A stretch of 64,000 nt of DNA from an uncultured bacterium (GCA_963744715.1 CAVUUR010000009.1:102864-166863); one strand, 5' to 3'. Shown: positions 11,842-21,637, numbered from the stretch's first letter. Notes: generated by a model from the sequence alone, not told the origin. Made by a program: numbers and translations.

Positions 11842-12231
11842 ATGGCACGAATTGAAGGTGTTAATTTACCGCAAAAAAAGAGAATCGAATATGGGCTTAC
11901 ATATCTTTTTGGTATAGGTTTAAAGACCTCGCAAGATATTTTAAAAAAACTTCGTATTGATTTTGATAAACGAGTTAAAGATCTCAGTAACGAAGAAATA
12001 GCCTCCATTCAAAGAGAAGTTTCTCAAAATTATAAAACTGAAGGTGAGTTGCGTAAGGAAATTTCTACAAATATTAAACGTTTGCAAGAAATCGGTTCTT
12101 ATCGTGGCTTAAGGCATAAAAAGGGATTGCCAGTTCGTGGTCAGCGTACAAAAACTAATGCGCGAACACGCAAAGGTCCTCGTAAAGCGGGTAGTGCTAT
12201 AGCCTTGAAACGTGCGGTAACTAAGAAATAA
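11842..12231 (+). CDS. rpsM: 30S ribosomal protein S13
   Basis: [25 protein letters not shown]. Confidence 0.99.
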   Translation: MARIEGVNLPQKKRIEYGLTYLFGIGLKTSQDILKKLRIDFDKRVKDLSNEEIASIQREVSQNYKTEGELRKEISTNIKRLQEIGSYRGLRHKKGLPVRGQRTKTNARTRKGPRKAGSAIALKRAVTKK

Positions 12232-12262
12232 TTAATGAAAAATTAATCTAGGTAACGAAATA

Positions 12263-12643
12263 ATGGCTTATCAAAAGAAAACAAAAAAAGTAAAACGAAC
12301 CGTACAGTCGGTTATTGCGCATATTCAGTCTACATTCAATAATACTATCGTTTCTATTACAACACCTGAAGGCGATGTTTTATTAAAGGGTAGTGCCGGA
12401 CAATTAGCAAAAGGCGCCCGTAAAGGAACCCCTTTTTCGGCTACTCAAATAGGTAATTCATTGGCTAAAGATATGCTTGATATGGGTATTAAAGACGTTG
12501 AAGTAAAAATGAAGGGCCCTGGTTCTGGAAGAGATTCAGTGGTACGTTCTTTTCAGACTTCAGGATTACATATTACTTCTTTAAGTGATGTTACACCATT
12601 GCCTCATAATGGTACTCGTTCACCAAAGAAACGTAGAGTTTAA
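12263..12643 (+). CDS. rpsK: 30S ribosomal protein S11
   Basis: STFNNTIV, KGPGSGR and DVTPLPHNG.R.PK.RRV motifs. Confidence 0.98.
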   Translation: MAYQKKTKKVKRTVQSVIAHIQSTFNNTIVSITTPEGDVLLKGSAGQLAKGARKGTPFSATQIGNSLAKDMLDMGIKDVEVKMKGPGSGRDSVVRSFQTSGLHITSLSDVTPLPHNGTRSPKKRRV

Positions 12644-12655
12644 TATAAGGATATT

Positions 12656-13204
12656 ATGAAATTAAAAGCTACAACTAAAGTGCAAGAACAACAATTAGAG
12701 AGAGTAAATAAGCGTTCATCAGAATATGGTAAACAGCTTGATGAAAAACAACGCGCGAAAAGAACGTATGGTCTTCTTGAGCGTCAATTTAAACGTTTTT
12801 TTATTATGGCAACAAAAAGCCAAGAAGCAACGGGACATGCTTTATTAAGTTTGCTTGAACGCAGAATTGATAATGTGTTGTATCGTCTTAAATTTTCTAT
12901 TTCACGCGCGCAAGCACGACAAATCGTTGTTCACGGGCATGTTTTAGTAAATGGCAAAAAAGTTTATTCTCCTTCATATTTGGTTGCTATGAATGATGAA
13001 ATAACCTTGGCTCCTAATGTTCTTGATAAAAAAGAATTTTTGGACCAAGTCATTGATAAAAGACTTAAAATTGGTATTAAAGTTCCTGAATGGTTGGAAC
13101 TTGATAAAAAAGATCGTATAGGCCGTGTATTGCGTATGCCAGTGCGTTCAGATATTCAAATGCCAATTGAAGAGCATTTGATTGTAGAGTTATATTCTAA
13201 ATAA
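12656..13204 (+). CDS. rpsD: 30S ribosomal protein S4 (short N-terminus)
   Basis: SEYG.QL.EKQ, LERR.DN and IVELYSK motifs. Confidence 0.97.
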   Translation: MKLKATTKVQEQQLERVNKRSSEYGKQLDEKQRAKRTYGLLERQFKRFFIMATKSQEATGHALLSLLERRIDNVLYRLKFSISRAQARQIVVHGHVLVNGKKVYSPSYLVAMNDEITLAPNVLDKKEFLDQVIDKRLKIGIKVPEWLELDKKDRIGRVLRMPVRSDIQMPIEEHLIVELYSK

Positions 13205-13271
13205 TGCCTAAATTGGTAGGCTTTTTATAATCTCATGTATTTATTATTTGAGAATACGGGTAGGGAGAATC

Positions 13272-14323
13272 ATGAATAGGAAGGAGTATAAACCTTTAAC
13301 AATTCCACGACTTTCGTGGGATAAAAAAACATTAACTACCAGTTATGGTGAACTTATGGTACAGCCGTTGGAACCTGGGTTTGGTATAACATTGGGGAAT
13401 GCAATTCGTCGTCTTTTATTGGGTGGGGTGGAAGGTTCAGCTATTACAGCAGTCGTTATCAAGAGCGTAAATAATGAATTTACTTCTTTACCTGGCGTGA
13501 TAGAAGATACCATGCACGTTATTCTCAATATTAAAGAGATTGTTGTTCGCAACAAAGAAGGAATTCCTGGCAAAATGCATTTAACGATGCAAGGAGAAGG
13601 TGTTGCTCGCGTTGCTGACATTAAAGGCTGACCATCATTTAGAGCTTAGTTAATAAAGATCATATTATTGCTCATGTTGCGCCAGGTGGTGATCTTTAAA
13701 TATTGAATTTTTTGTTGAATCTGGCAGAGGATATCGTCCGGCACAATGGCCTGAAGGAAAACCGTTACAAGAAGATGGTAGAATTTATTTAGATGCTATG
13801 TTTTCTCCGGTGCGTAAGGTAACTTTTGATGTTGAGAAAACTCGTGTTGGTAAAGAAATTGACTATGATAAACTTATACTTAAAGTTACATACCGACGGT
13901 TCTGAAAATCCACTTGGATGTATTGCACTATGCGGTATCAGTATTGCGTACGCAACTTGAACATTTCTTAGCAAGCGCAGAAATTCCATTTAATGAAATT
14001 TCTGCAGCACCTGAAGAAGAATATTGAAAAGCCGATAGAAGCAGCATGAATTTAGGCTTAAAAGGTATTCCTCCTGATTTATTTTAAAGCCAATTGATGA
14101 ATTAGAACTTTCAGTGCGTGCGCATAATTGTTTGATTAATGCAGGTAAAAAACGAATTATTGATTTAGTAAATATGACTGAAGATGAAGTATTAAAAATT
14201 AAGAACTTCGGTCGTAAATCATTAAGTGAAGTTAAAGAAAGTATGAAAGCATTTGGTCTTTCTTTAGGAATGAATATCAACGAATCTGATATTAAAAAAC
14301 TTGTCAAAAACCAAGAAGAATAG
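13272..14323 (+). CDS. rpoA: RNA polymerase subunit alpha (apparent frameshifts)
   Basis: PLEPGFG.TLGNA.RR.LL, DA.FSPVRKV and ELSVRAHNCL...KNFGRKSL.EV found in different frames. Confidence 0.95.
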
Positions 14324-14349
14324 GCCAACAAGGCAAACTAGGTGAAATT

Positions 14350-14708
14350 ATGAAACATCAAATTGGATAGAAAAAAATTAAATATGAAGCCATCGCATAA
14401 GCGATCGATGTTTCGTAATCAAGTAATTACATCTTATTACGTATGGTCATGTTGTTACTACAAAAGCACGTGTTCAAGAAGTGCGTAAGATTTGTTGAAC
14501 GATTAGTTACTATTGCTCGCAAAGGTAATACGTTCAATGGAGACGCCATGTCAAATCAATATTGCCTTATAAAAATGAGGCATTAGTTAAGTTATTTGTT
14601 GAAATAGCACCTAAATACGTTGATCGTCCCGGTGGCTATACCCGCGTGATTCCTATGGGCCATCGCGTCAGTGATACTGCCCGCATAGCTAGGTTAGAAT
14701 GGGTTTAA
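14350..14708 (+). CDS. rplQ: 50S ribosomal protein L17 (several apparent indels)
   Basis: Segments MKH..G / KKLN..SH.RS.FRN / TTKAR / ERLVT.A / IAPKY.DRPGGYTR...ARLEWV* can be pieced together across frames. Confidence 0.9.
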
Positions 14709-14714
14709 TATCCT

Positions 14715-14954
14715 ATGAATGATGATCAAAACTTAAAAGTTGCTATTTTGGCCCTTATTGATGCTGAAATTAGGCCCAAAATACAGCTTGATGGTGGTGA
14801 CATCGAACTCATTGATATTAAAGATTCTATTATTCATATAAGATTTCAGGGCGCTTGTGTAGGGTGCCCTTTTTCTTTATATACCCTTATATTGGGTATT
14901 CAGCAAAAAATCCAAGAACATTTTCCCTCTATCAAAAAAGTAGTCCCCGTTTAA
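14715..14954 (+). CDS. NifU-like C-terminal domain protein (NfuA family Fe-S carrier)
   Basis: IRP.IQ.DGGDIEL and GACVGCP.S motifs. Confidence 0.9.
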   Translation: MNDDQNLKVAILALIDAEIRPKIQLDGGDIELIDIKDSIIHIRFQGACVGCPFSLYTLILGIQQKIQEHFPSIKKVVPV

Positions 14955-15103
14955 AATTCTGGGCCTGGGCATCTTTTTTTGACCCGAACTATTCATAATT
15001 AACAGGTTGCCGCATTAACGGTATTTACCCCATTTGATAATAAGTATGCTTTTGATAACATAATTTATGTTAATTATTCATTTTTAAAATATGGGTATTT
15101 ATT

Positions 15104-15553
15104 ATGAAAATATTACATTTTTTACTTAGTTTACTAATCCTATCAACTGCTATAACTCAAAAAGCTTTCGCTAAACCGGCAAGGTTTACACCATCGGAAA
15201 AAAATTCTGAGGCATTGATACATCTTGATAAAGGTCAGAAGGTTATGATGAGTTATCATATCGTCCGCTTTATTAATGATGTTGATCTATTAAAAACTAT
15301 GGTTAGAGAAATGATAGGAAATGAAGATGAATATGTTTTAGACGATATTTCTAACCTACTTGATATCGTTGCCAGCACTATAAGCCTATCTGAAAAACAG
15401 GTTGCTCTTAATAACTTCAGTGACGCCCTAGGATTGGATTATTTTGACCTCAGTGATATTCCTGGGGAGATAGAACGATATTTATGGTTAATTAGGTTTG
15501 CGGTGAATTCAATTACAAACTCTGTAAATAGGGTATCTCGGGTTAAAAAATAG
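15104..15553 (+). CDS. Hypothetical secreted protein (paralog array member 1)
   Basis: Signal peptide ending KAFA; KQVALNNFSDALGL motif shared with the next gene. Confidence 0.75.
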   Translation: MKILHFLLSLLILSTAITQKAFAKPARFTPSEKNSEALIHLDKGQKVMMSYHIVRFINDVDLLKTMVREMIGNEDEYVLDDISNLLDIVASTISLSEKQVALNNFSDALGLDYFDLSDIPGEIERYLWLIRFAVNSITNSVNRVSRVKK

Positions 15554-15569
15554 TAAATAATTTGACTAA

Positions 15570-15597
15570 TTGACAATTAATTCTGGTCTGATAAGCT
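15570..15597 (+). promoter_or_regulatory. Sigma70-type promoter TTGACA-16nt-TAAGCT with extended -10 TG
   Basis: Read directly; near-identical module at 16289-16316. Confidence 0.6.
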
Positions 15598-15625
15598 ATA
15601 TATATGTTTTATCTAACAAAATGGA

Positions 15626-16279
15626 GTGAATTATATGAACATGTTAAAGATAATAGTAATGGGGTTACTGGTTGTAGCAGGTATGGAACAAGCTGCTTTT
15701 GCTATGCAACCAGGTTCAAATGCTAGTCAATCGAGCCAAGGCTGGTTTGATTCGGTCAACGTAAAGCCTATAGCTATTACCCTAGGAATAGCGGTTGTAG
15801 CCGGATTCGGCCTAAAAATGGCCTATAATTACTGGAAATCTAGTTGCCAAGTAGAGAACAAGAACCAGTCAAACGAGTCCAAAATTGAGGCTAATTTGGT
15901 TGAATCTAACGTACAAGATCAAGTTAATCCTGCAATAGTTGAAAAGCAAAAAGAGGCTACCAAAGTTTTGGTGAATCTTGATCGAAATAATCAGATTATA
16001 ATTAATAGTTATCTGCAGGTTGATGATGTACGTGTTTTAAGATATATACTGCAAGAGATGCAGGTTAACAATAATGAGCTTGAAATGCTTATTGATGCAT
16101 TTGCTGAAGCTAAAGGCAATGGGAAACAGACAGCTCTTAATAATCTCACTGATGCATTAGGTTTAGAACGTATCGAAATTAAGCAAAAACAGCCAGCAAA
16201 CCGTACTAAGGCACAAATAATGCAAGGTGTAAAACAGGTTGGGGTAAAAGTTATTAATACAGGATCAAAAATCAAATAA
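15626..16279 (+). CDS. Hypothetical secreted protein (paralog array member 2)
   Basis: GGAG Shine-Dalgarno, signal peptide ending AFA-M, then a hydrophobic segment. Confidence 0.8.
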   Translation: MNYMNMLKIIVMGLLVVAGMEQAAFAMQPGSNASQSSQGWFDSVNVKPIAITLGIAVVAGFGLKMAYNYWKSSCQVENKNQSNESKIEANLVESNVQDQVNPAIVEKQKEATKVLVNLDRNNQIIINSYLQVDDVRVLRYILQEMQVNNNELEMLIDAFAEAKGNGKQTALNNLTDALGLERIEIKQKQPANRTKAQIMQGVKQVGVKVINTGSKIK

Positions 16280-16288
16280 ATTTTCTAA

Positions 16289-16316
16289 TTGACAATTAAT
16301 ATGGGTCTGGTATTCT
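16289..16316 (+). promoter_or_regulatory. Sigma70-type promoter TTGACA-16nt-TATTCT with extended -10 TG
   Basis: Read directly; duplicate of the 15570 module. Confidence 0.6.
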
Positions 16317-16355
16317 ATATACAAGATTAATTTAGGTTTTTATCTATTAAATGGA

Positions 16356-17510
16356 GTGAATTATATGAAAATGTTAAAAACAATAATAATCGGGTTAAGT
16401 TTGGCGGTTGCAATAGTACCACAAGCGCAAGCCATGAGTTACTTACACGATGTTAGATCTACTGTGAAAGATATTTATTCTATCATAAGTATAGGTCTTC
16501 AATTGGCTTATAATAAAGCACAGGCTTTCCAAGAAATAGAAAATTTTGACATGATATTAGAAGAAGGTGATGTGAGTTTGGCATCTTTATCGGAAGGATC
16601 ATGCGAAAAGCTTAATGCTGAAGATAAGGCTAGAGAGCAAGAGATGTTGGTAGCTAAACAAAAAGAGCAAGAGATGTTGGTAGCTAAACAAAAAGAGCAA
16701 GAGATGTTGGTAGCTAAACAAAAAAAAGAAGAAGCATTATCAACAATAGTACAATATATTCAAAGTGATTTGAATTGTGGATGTACATCTTTTATTAAAA
16801 ATTATCAACAATCAGTTAGTGAGGTTTTTGATAAGCTTAATGACCCACAAATTAAAGAAGAGCTTTTAGCAAAGATTAATGAAGTTTATAAAAAGCTTAA
16901 CGCATATTATGCATCATTTTCTTTAACTGCTAACGCGCAAGAAAAGTTTTTTGAAAAGTTAAATCAATCAGTTGCTGATTTTAATAAAGTAATGCGTACG
17001 TTGAATGGAGATTTTGTAGTTACTGCATATCGCATTGATAAAACAAAGCTTGTTGGAGCGTTAGTTAAAGATTTGCATAAGGTAATAAATGGTCAATTAT
17101 CTGAACAAAATAGGATTGTACAATCTTTTGATGATAATGCATCTGCACAAAACCTTGTTAAGAATATTTACACATACGTTGGTAGTAAAAACTTTGTTCT
17201 CGCGCAGCAGGGCATTGATAGATTATGCGAACAATTAAAGATTAAAAAAATAGTTGATGTATTTGGCGACTTAGTAGAGCAGAGAACGGTTTATGCTACA
17301 TATCAAACAACAAATGTAATGTCTGAAAAAACTAGAAATGTTATTACTGCTGATGCTCTAGCAAAAAAAGTTGTTGCACCTGAAGTGAAGAATTCTAATG
17401 CAGAGATATCAGCGCACGTTGAGGATGCTGAAGAGGTTAAACCTGCAACGATTGGATATTTCATGTCTAAATATCTAGCGCCATGCGTGTGTCACAAGAA
17501 TAACCAATAA
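16356..17510 (+). CDS. Hypothetical secreted protein (paralog array member 3)
   Basis: Signal peptide MNYMKMLKTII.GLSLAVA..PQAQAM nearly identical to the next gene. Confidence 0.8.
   Translation: MNYMKMLKTIIIGLSLAVAIVPQAQAMSYLHDVRSTVKDIYSIISIGLQLAYNKAQAFQEIENFDMILEEGDVSLASLSEGSCEKLNAEDKAREQEMLVAKQKEQEMLVAKQKEQEMLVAKQKKEEALSTIVQYIQSDLNCGCTSFIKNYQQSVSEVFDKLNDPQIKEELLAKINEVYKKLNAYYASFSLTANAQEKFFEKLNQSVADFNKVMRTLNGDFVVTAYRIDKTKLVGALVKDLHKVINGQLSEQNRIVQSFDDNASAQNLVKNIYTYVGSKNFVLAQQGIDRLCEQLKIKKIVDVFGDLVEQRTVYATYQTTNVMSEKTRNVITADALAKKVVAPEVKNSNAEISAHVEDAEEVKPATIGYFMSKYLAPCVCHKNNQ
16634..16724 (+). repeat. 30-bp tandem repeat, 3 perfect copies (EQEMLVAKQK)
   Basis: agagcaagagatgttggtagctaaacaaaa x3. 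Confidence 0.95.
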
Positions 17511-17528
17511 TTTCAAAATACAAATGGA

Positions 17529-18188
17529 GTGAATTATATGAAAATGTTAAAAACAATAATAGCTGGATTAAGTTTAGCGGTTGCGGTAGCACCACAAGCG
17601 CAGGCAATGAATCTTGATAGTTTCAAAAACTTTGGTCAATCAATTGTTGATCAAGCCTATGTAAATCCTGCGTTGGCAACAATTACTGCAGTAAGTATTC
17701 TTGCGGCTACAGGATTAGTATTAAAAGGCGGTTATGATAAGTATCAACAATATCAATTTGCACAAACCGAAGAAGGAAAACTAATACAAGATGCAGCGGC
17801 AAAAGGAGAAATAGTTGCATTATTGAATGATTGGGTTAACAACGATAATGAAAAGAATTATTCCAAAATTTTTGAGTTTGTGAAAAACCTTAATTTATTG
17901 AAAAATAAACAACCGGCTTTTAGCGCGATAAATGACATTAAAAGAGATTTAAAATTCTATAATCAAGAATTAAACGTTAATAATCAAGAATTAAACGCTA
18001 ATAATCATGGTGTATTATATGCTAACGTTAATGCTTTCTGTGGTTTAGTAGGGCTGGATAAGACACAAGTGTTTGTTAAAGATAGACATACTAAGGCTCA
18101 GCTGCAAGAACGAGTAGTTGCACAAGTTAATACAATGGCTGAAAACAGTAGTAGAGTTATTTCTACTAATATTGCTAAGGTTGACTAG
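17529..18188 (+). CDS. Hypothetical secreted protein (paralog array member 4); frame stays open to 18299 past the TAG
   Basis: Shared signal peptide; hydrophobic segment; internal 21-bp duplication (NQELNVN/NQELNAN). Confidence 0.8.
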   Translation: MNYMKMLKTIIAGLSLAVAVAPQAQAMNLDSFKNFGQSIVDQAYVNPALATITAVSILAATGLVLKGGYDKYQQYQFAQTEEGKLIQDAAAKGEIVALLNDWVNNDNEKNYSKIFEFVKNLNLLKNKQPAFSAINDIKRDLKFYNQELNVNNQELNANNHGVLYANVNAFCGLVGLDKTQVFVKDRHTKAQLQERVVAQVNTMAENSSRVISTNIAKVD

Positions 18189-18326
18189 GTCATTCCTACA
18201 CAAGATGCTGCTAAAACAGCAGGCCTTAATATATTAAATATGGGTCAAGCGATTGGGCAAGCCGGTGTTGGTTATCTAATGTCATGGTTTGGCAAATAAT
18301 CGATAATTTTAAAAGAAATAGATAAG

Positions 18327-18359
18327 AGAACAGCTTCCCACAACGTAGGAGGCTGTTCT
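18327..18359. terminator. Stem-loop, putative terminator
   Basis: AGAACAGCTTCC-9nt-GGAGGCTGTTCT inverted repeat with one G:U pair. Confidence 0.55.
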
Positions 18360-18377
18360 TGGTTAGATGGAGGAATT

Positions 18378-18923
18378 ATGAACATAGTAAAAACAATAGT
18401 ATTTGGATTAGGTTTGATAGGCATAACCGTGCCACAAGTATATTCCTTGAATACTGATATACTACCACAAGAGTATCGATTTGCTGCTGTTGGTATGGTT
18501 ATGGTGCCCGGTGTATTATTTGCATGTTATAATTACTGGAAATCTCGCCAACAAACAAATGTTAGTAATCTTGGAGCGGAGAAAAAAGCAGAAATTAAAC
18601 AACTACTTCAAGATGATATAGAATTCAAATATGGCATTATGTTTAAAAATAAAGATATTATTGGGCAGGAGCTTAAAAAACTTCCTAAAGATTTAATTGA
18701 ACAAGCTCAATCTCAGCTTGATACTATGTATCTTTGCCTGTGTCGCTATAGACTCAATGATACATTACGCACTACGGCTGATAACGATCGGCTGTTCGAA
18801 AACGTGCAACAGGCAGTAAGTAAATTTTGTACTCTCTTGAAGTTGAAGCCAATTCAATTGAAACCAATTGCGCGCAAAGATATTTATTCAACAAAAACAA
18901 AAAAAATGGATGATGTTGATTAA
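18378..18923 (+). CDS. Hypothetical secreted protein (paralog array member 5)
   Basis: GGAGG Shine-Dalgarno, signal peptide, YNYWKS motif shared with member 2. Confidence 0.75.
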   Translation: MNIVKTIVFGLGLIGITVPQVYSLNTDILPQEYRFAAVGMVMVPGVLFACYNYWKSRQQTNVSNLGAEKKAEIKQLLQDDIEFKYGIMFKNKDIIGQELKKLPKDLIEQAQSQLDTMYLCLCRYRLNDTLRTTADNDRLFENVQQAVSKFCTLLKLKPIQLKPIARKDIYSTKTKKMDDVD

Positions 18924-21637
18924 TGTTCCACTACCGTAATGGTACTTCCTTTGGGGCCTTTTTCTATTAAAAAATGTACCGGAAACTGCTCTTTCATTGA
19001 CGTTAAGTGTGAGACAATAATAATTTTCGCAAAATTATCCTGTATTTTATGAATGCAATCCATAATATGGGCAATACCTTCTTCATCTTGTGAGCCAAAA
19101 CCTTCATCAATAATAAGCGTTTGCAATGAGGTGCCTGCGCGGCGCGCTAATAATTTTGAAATAGCAATACGTAACGCAAAATCAATTCTAAATGCTTCGC
19201 CACCGGAAAAAAGCTCATATGGGCGAATTCCCATAGGGTCTGATATTTTAATATCCAACGTTTCTTTGGTGCCACCTTTTTTTAAATCACGTAACGATTC
19301 AATACTGATATGTGCTTGATTATTAGTTAATTGTGCCAGTAATGCATTAGCTTCTTGCTCAATTTCTGGTAATGCATCTTCAATCAATAATGCCTGAATT
19401 CCCTCTTTTCCCAATGCGGTTGCAATCATCTGATAATCATCAATGGTTTCTTGGAGTATGGAATATTTTTTTTGGTATTCATGCATTTCTTGTTCGCGTT
19501 GCAAAATCATTGCGCGTTGTTGTTCAAGACTTCCTTTACGCTGCAGCAATGATTCCTTTTCCTGCACAATAGTGCGTAATTGATTTTTTGTTACGATTTC
19601 CTGCTCTAATTGCACGGATAACGGTTTCTTTTGTTCATCAAGAACCGTTATTTCATGATTAATAGTTTCACGTTCTTTTTTTACTATTCTGAGGGCGCTA
19701 CACAAAGTATGAATATCATCTTTGCGGCGTTGTTGTAGGCTTATATGTTCTTGTAAACGAGAATATTCTTGATACTGTTGTTCAAGGGCAGCCATTTTTT
19801 TAACCGCCTGTTGATGCTCCTGTTGTTTATAGGATGTTGTTTGTAATGCATTGGTAATGCTATCAAGTTCTTGTTTGAGCAGTTGATAAGTTTGATCATG
19901 GTGATGCGCCTCTTGCGCCTGTTGTTTGAGATTGTTTAGTTGCTCAGTTTCTTGTTTAATGAGCATGTCATGCTGCGAAAGTGTAGTTTGTGCATCAGTA
20001 TATTTTTTTTCAATCTGTTTTTGCGTTTCATTGAGCGTTGCTATTTGTTGTAGTAAATCGGCATGTTTTGTTTGTAGTGTATTATGTTTTTGTGTATTAG
20101 CGCGATGTTGTTCAAGGAGGGCATGATTGGCTACTAATTGTTGCTTGAGCGCCGTTAACACTTTGGTTAAACGACTGCGTTTATGCTGATACGATAGTTC
20201 AAGTTTGCTAAATTTTGCCTGTAAAAAGCGTTTTCGCGATGCTGATAAATTTTGTTCGCATAATGAACAGCTTGGATTATTAATATCTTGTGCCAATTGT
20301 TTTTTGTATTCTAAATTTTCATATTCAGTTTTGATCAGATTTGCTTGTGCCACCCAATGATGATAATAGGTTTTTTCTTTTTCAAAGCGCTGTTCAAGGG
20401 TGTTGTTTTTCTGTAATAAGGTAGTAAGTTCTGCTATGTGCTGTTCATGATCGTGTACTGATTTTTTTGTATCATTATGGTGTGCAATGAGTGCTATTTT
20501 TTGTTGTTCCAGCTCTTTACAGGCATTGATAACGACACTTTTTTCTATTTCTAACCGCTCAATACAGCGTTGTTTTTTTTGAATATCTATCTGGTATTCA
20601 TCATTAATAAATTTGAGGCGTTGCTGTTCTAATTCTTTTTTTAGTAAATATTCTTCTTTAAGTTCCAACGTTTTTTGCAATGTTTGTTGATGATGATCAA
20701 TGCTTTTACTGAGAAGTTGTTTTTCTGCGTGTAAAGAATGTACATCGGTTGTTGTTTTTTTTCGGTTAATTAATCGCCATTCATTAAATAGTACCCGTAC
20801 TTGTTCTTCTTTAGTTGATTGTTCAGTGATAATTTGATTTTTTTTAAATGCTAAAAGTGCCTCTTGATGTTCATATTCCTGATACTGTTTTCTGAGTATG
20901 GCAAGGTCATCTAATGTTTTTTTGCAGGCACTATTGTGCTTTTCAAGAGCAGCTAATTCACGATCAACATCGGCTAATTGTGGAATGATGGTTTGCGCTG
21001 CGGCCAATTCATTGGTAATGCGTTGTTGTAGTTGGTTAATATGCGTAGAATCGGTGGTTGCTTGTTTTGCTTTATCAAGAGCAATTTTTCGTAGAGCTTC
21101 ATATTGCTGTAAACTCAAAATAGTTGCTAAAACATCTTTACGTTCTTTGGGTGATTTTTTTGAAAATTCATTGGATTGCCCTTGGCGTAAAAACGCTGAA
21201 TTGATAAATGAATCGAAGTCGAGGCCGAGCATAGTTTCTATTTTGTGTTGTGTTGCCCGTATCGTTTTGTCAGTTAATGGGCGTGCTTTGTTATCGTTAC
21301 TGGTTTCGATGATAGCAAAATCAAGAACAGCGTACGGTTTGCCATGAGTTTCCGAATATTCACGTTTGATTCGATAAGTTTGGCCATTAAACATAAAATC
21401 AAAAATAACCATCATGTGCGTTTGGCCGAGGCGCAATAATTGTGAATCTGGTTTTGCGGTGCTTGCTATTTTGCGAGCCTGCCCCCATAATGCCCAGGTT
21501 ATGGCATCCAAAAGCGCCGATTTTCCATGACCATTTTTGCCATTTAAACAAATAAGGTTATAAGGCCCAAAATCAATAGTTTGTCCTTGTGGGCCATAGC
21601 TGAGAAAGTTTTTAACGTGTAATTTGAGCGGAATCAT
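18920..21637 (-). CDS. sbcC: SMC-family ATPase SbcC/Rad50
   Basis: Walker A GKNGHGKS, long coiled coil, CSLC zinc hook, signature FSGGE, Walker B IIDEGFGSQD, H-loop VSH. Confidence 0.92.
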   Translation of the reverse strand: MIPLKLHVKNFLSYGPQGQTIDFGPYNLICLNGKNGHGKSALLDAITWALWGQARKIASTAKPDSQLLRLGQTHMMVIFDFMFNGQTYRIKREYSETHGKPYAVLDFAIIETSNDNKARPLTDKTIRATQHKIETMLGLDFDSFINSAFLRQGQSNEFSKKSPKERKDVLATILSLQQYEALRKIALDKAKQATTDSTHINQLQQRITNELAAAQTIIPQLADVDRELAALEKHNSACKKTLDDLAILRKQYQEYEHQEALLAFKKNQIITEQSTKEEQVRVLFNEWRLINRKKTTTDVHSLHAEKQLLSKSIDHHQQTLQKTLELKEEYLLKKELEQQRLKFINDEYQIDIQKKQRCIERLEIEKSVVINACKELEQQKIALIAHHNDTKKSVHDHEQHIAELTTLLQKNNTLEQRFEKEKTYYHHWVAQANLIKTEYENLEYKKQLAQDINNPSCSLCEQNLSASRKRFLQAKFSKLELSYQHKRSRLTKVLTALKQQLVANHALLEQHRANTQKHNTLQTKHADLLQQIATLNETQKQIEKKYTDAQTTLSQHDMLIKQETEQLNNLKQQAQEAHHHDQTYQLLKQELDSITNALQTTSYKQQEHQQAVKKMAALEQQYQEYSRLQEHISLQQRRKDDIHTLCSALRIVKKERETINHEITVLDEQKKPLSVQLEQEIVTKNQLRTIVQEKESLLQRKGSLEQQRAMILQREQEMHEYQKKYSILQETIDDYQMIATALGKEGIQALLIEDALPEIEQEANALLAQLTNNQAHISIESLRDLKKGGTKETLDIKISDPMGIRPYELFSGGEAFRIDFALRIAISKLLARRAGTSLQTLIIDEGFGSQDEEGIAHIMDCIHKIQDNFAKIIIVSHLTSMKEQFPVHFLIEKGPKGSTITVVEH

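Noticed and set aside
14350..14380. In-frame TAG early in rplQ (and at 18186) as a sign of stop-codon reassignment
   Set aside because: The L17 sequence resumes in a different frame, so this is an indel; TAG, TGA and TAA all end conserved ribosomal genes at the expected places
8220..14708. Calling rplO, secY, rpoA and rplQ pseudogenes
   Set aside because: They are essential genes with intact motifs; patchy indels fit sequence error better
16634..16724. 30-bp repeats as a CRISPR array
   Set aside because: The units are contiguous with no spacers, lie in frame within a CDS, and no cas genes are present
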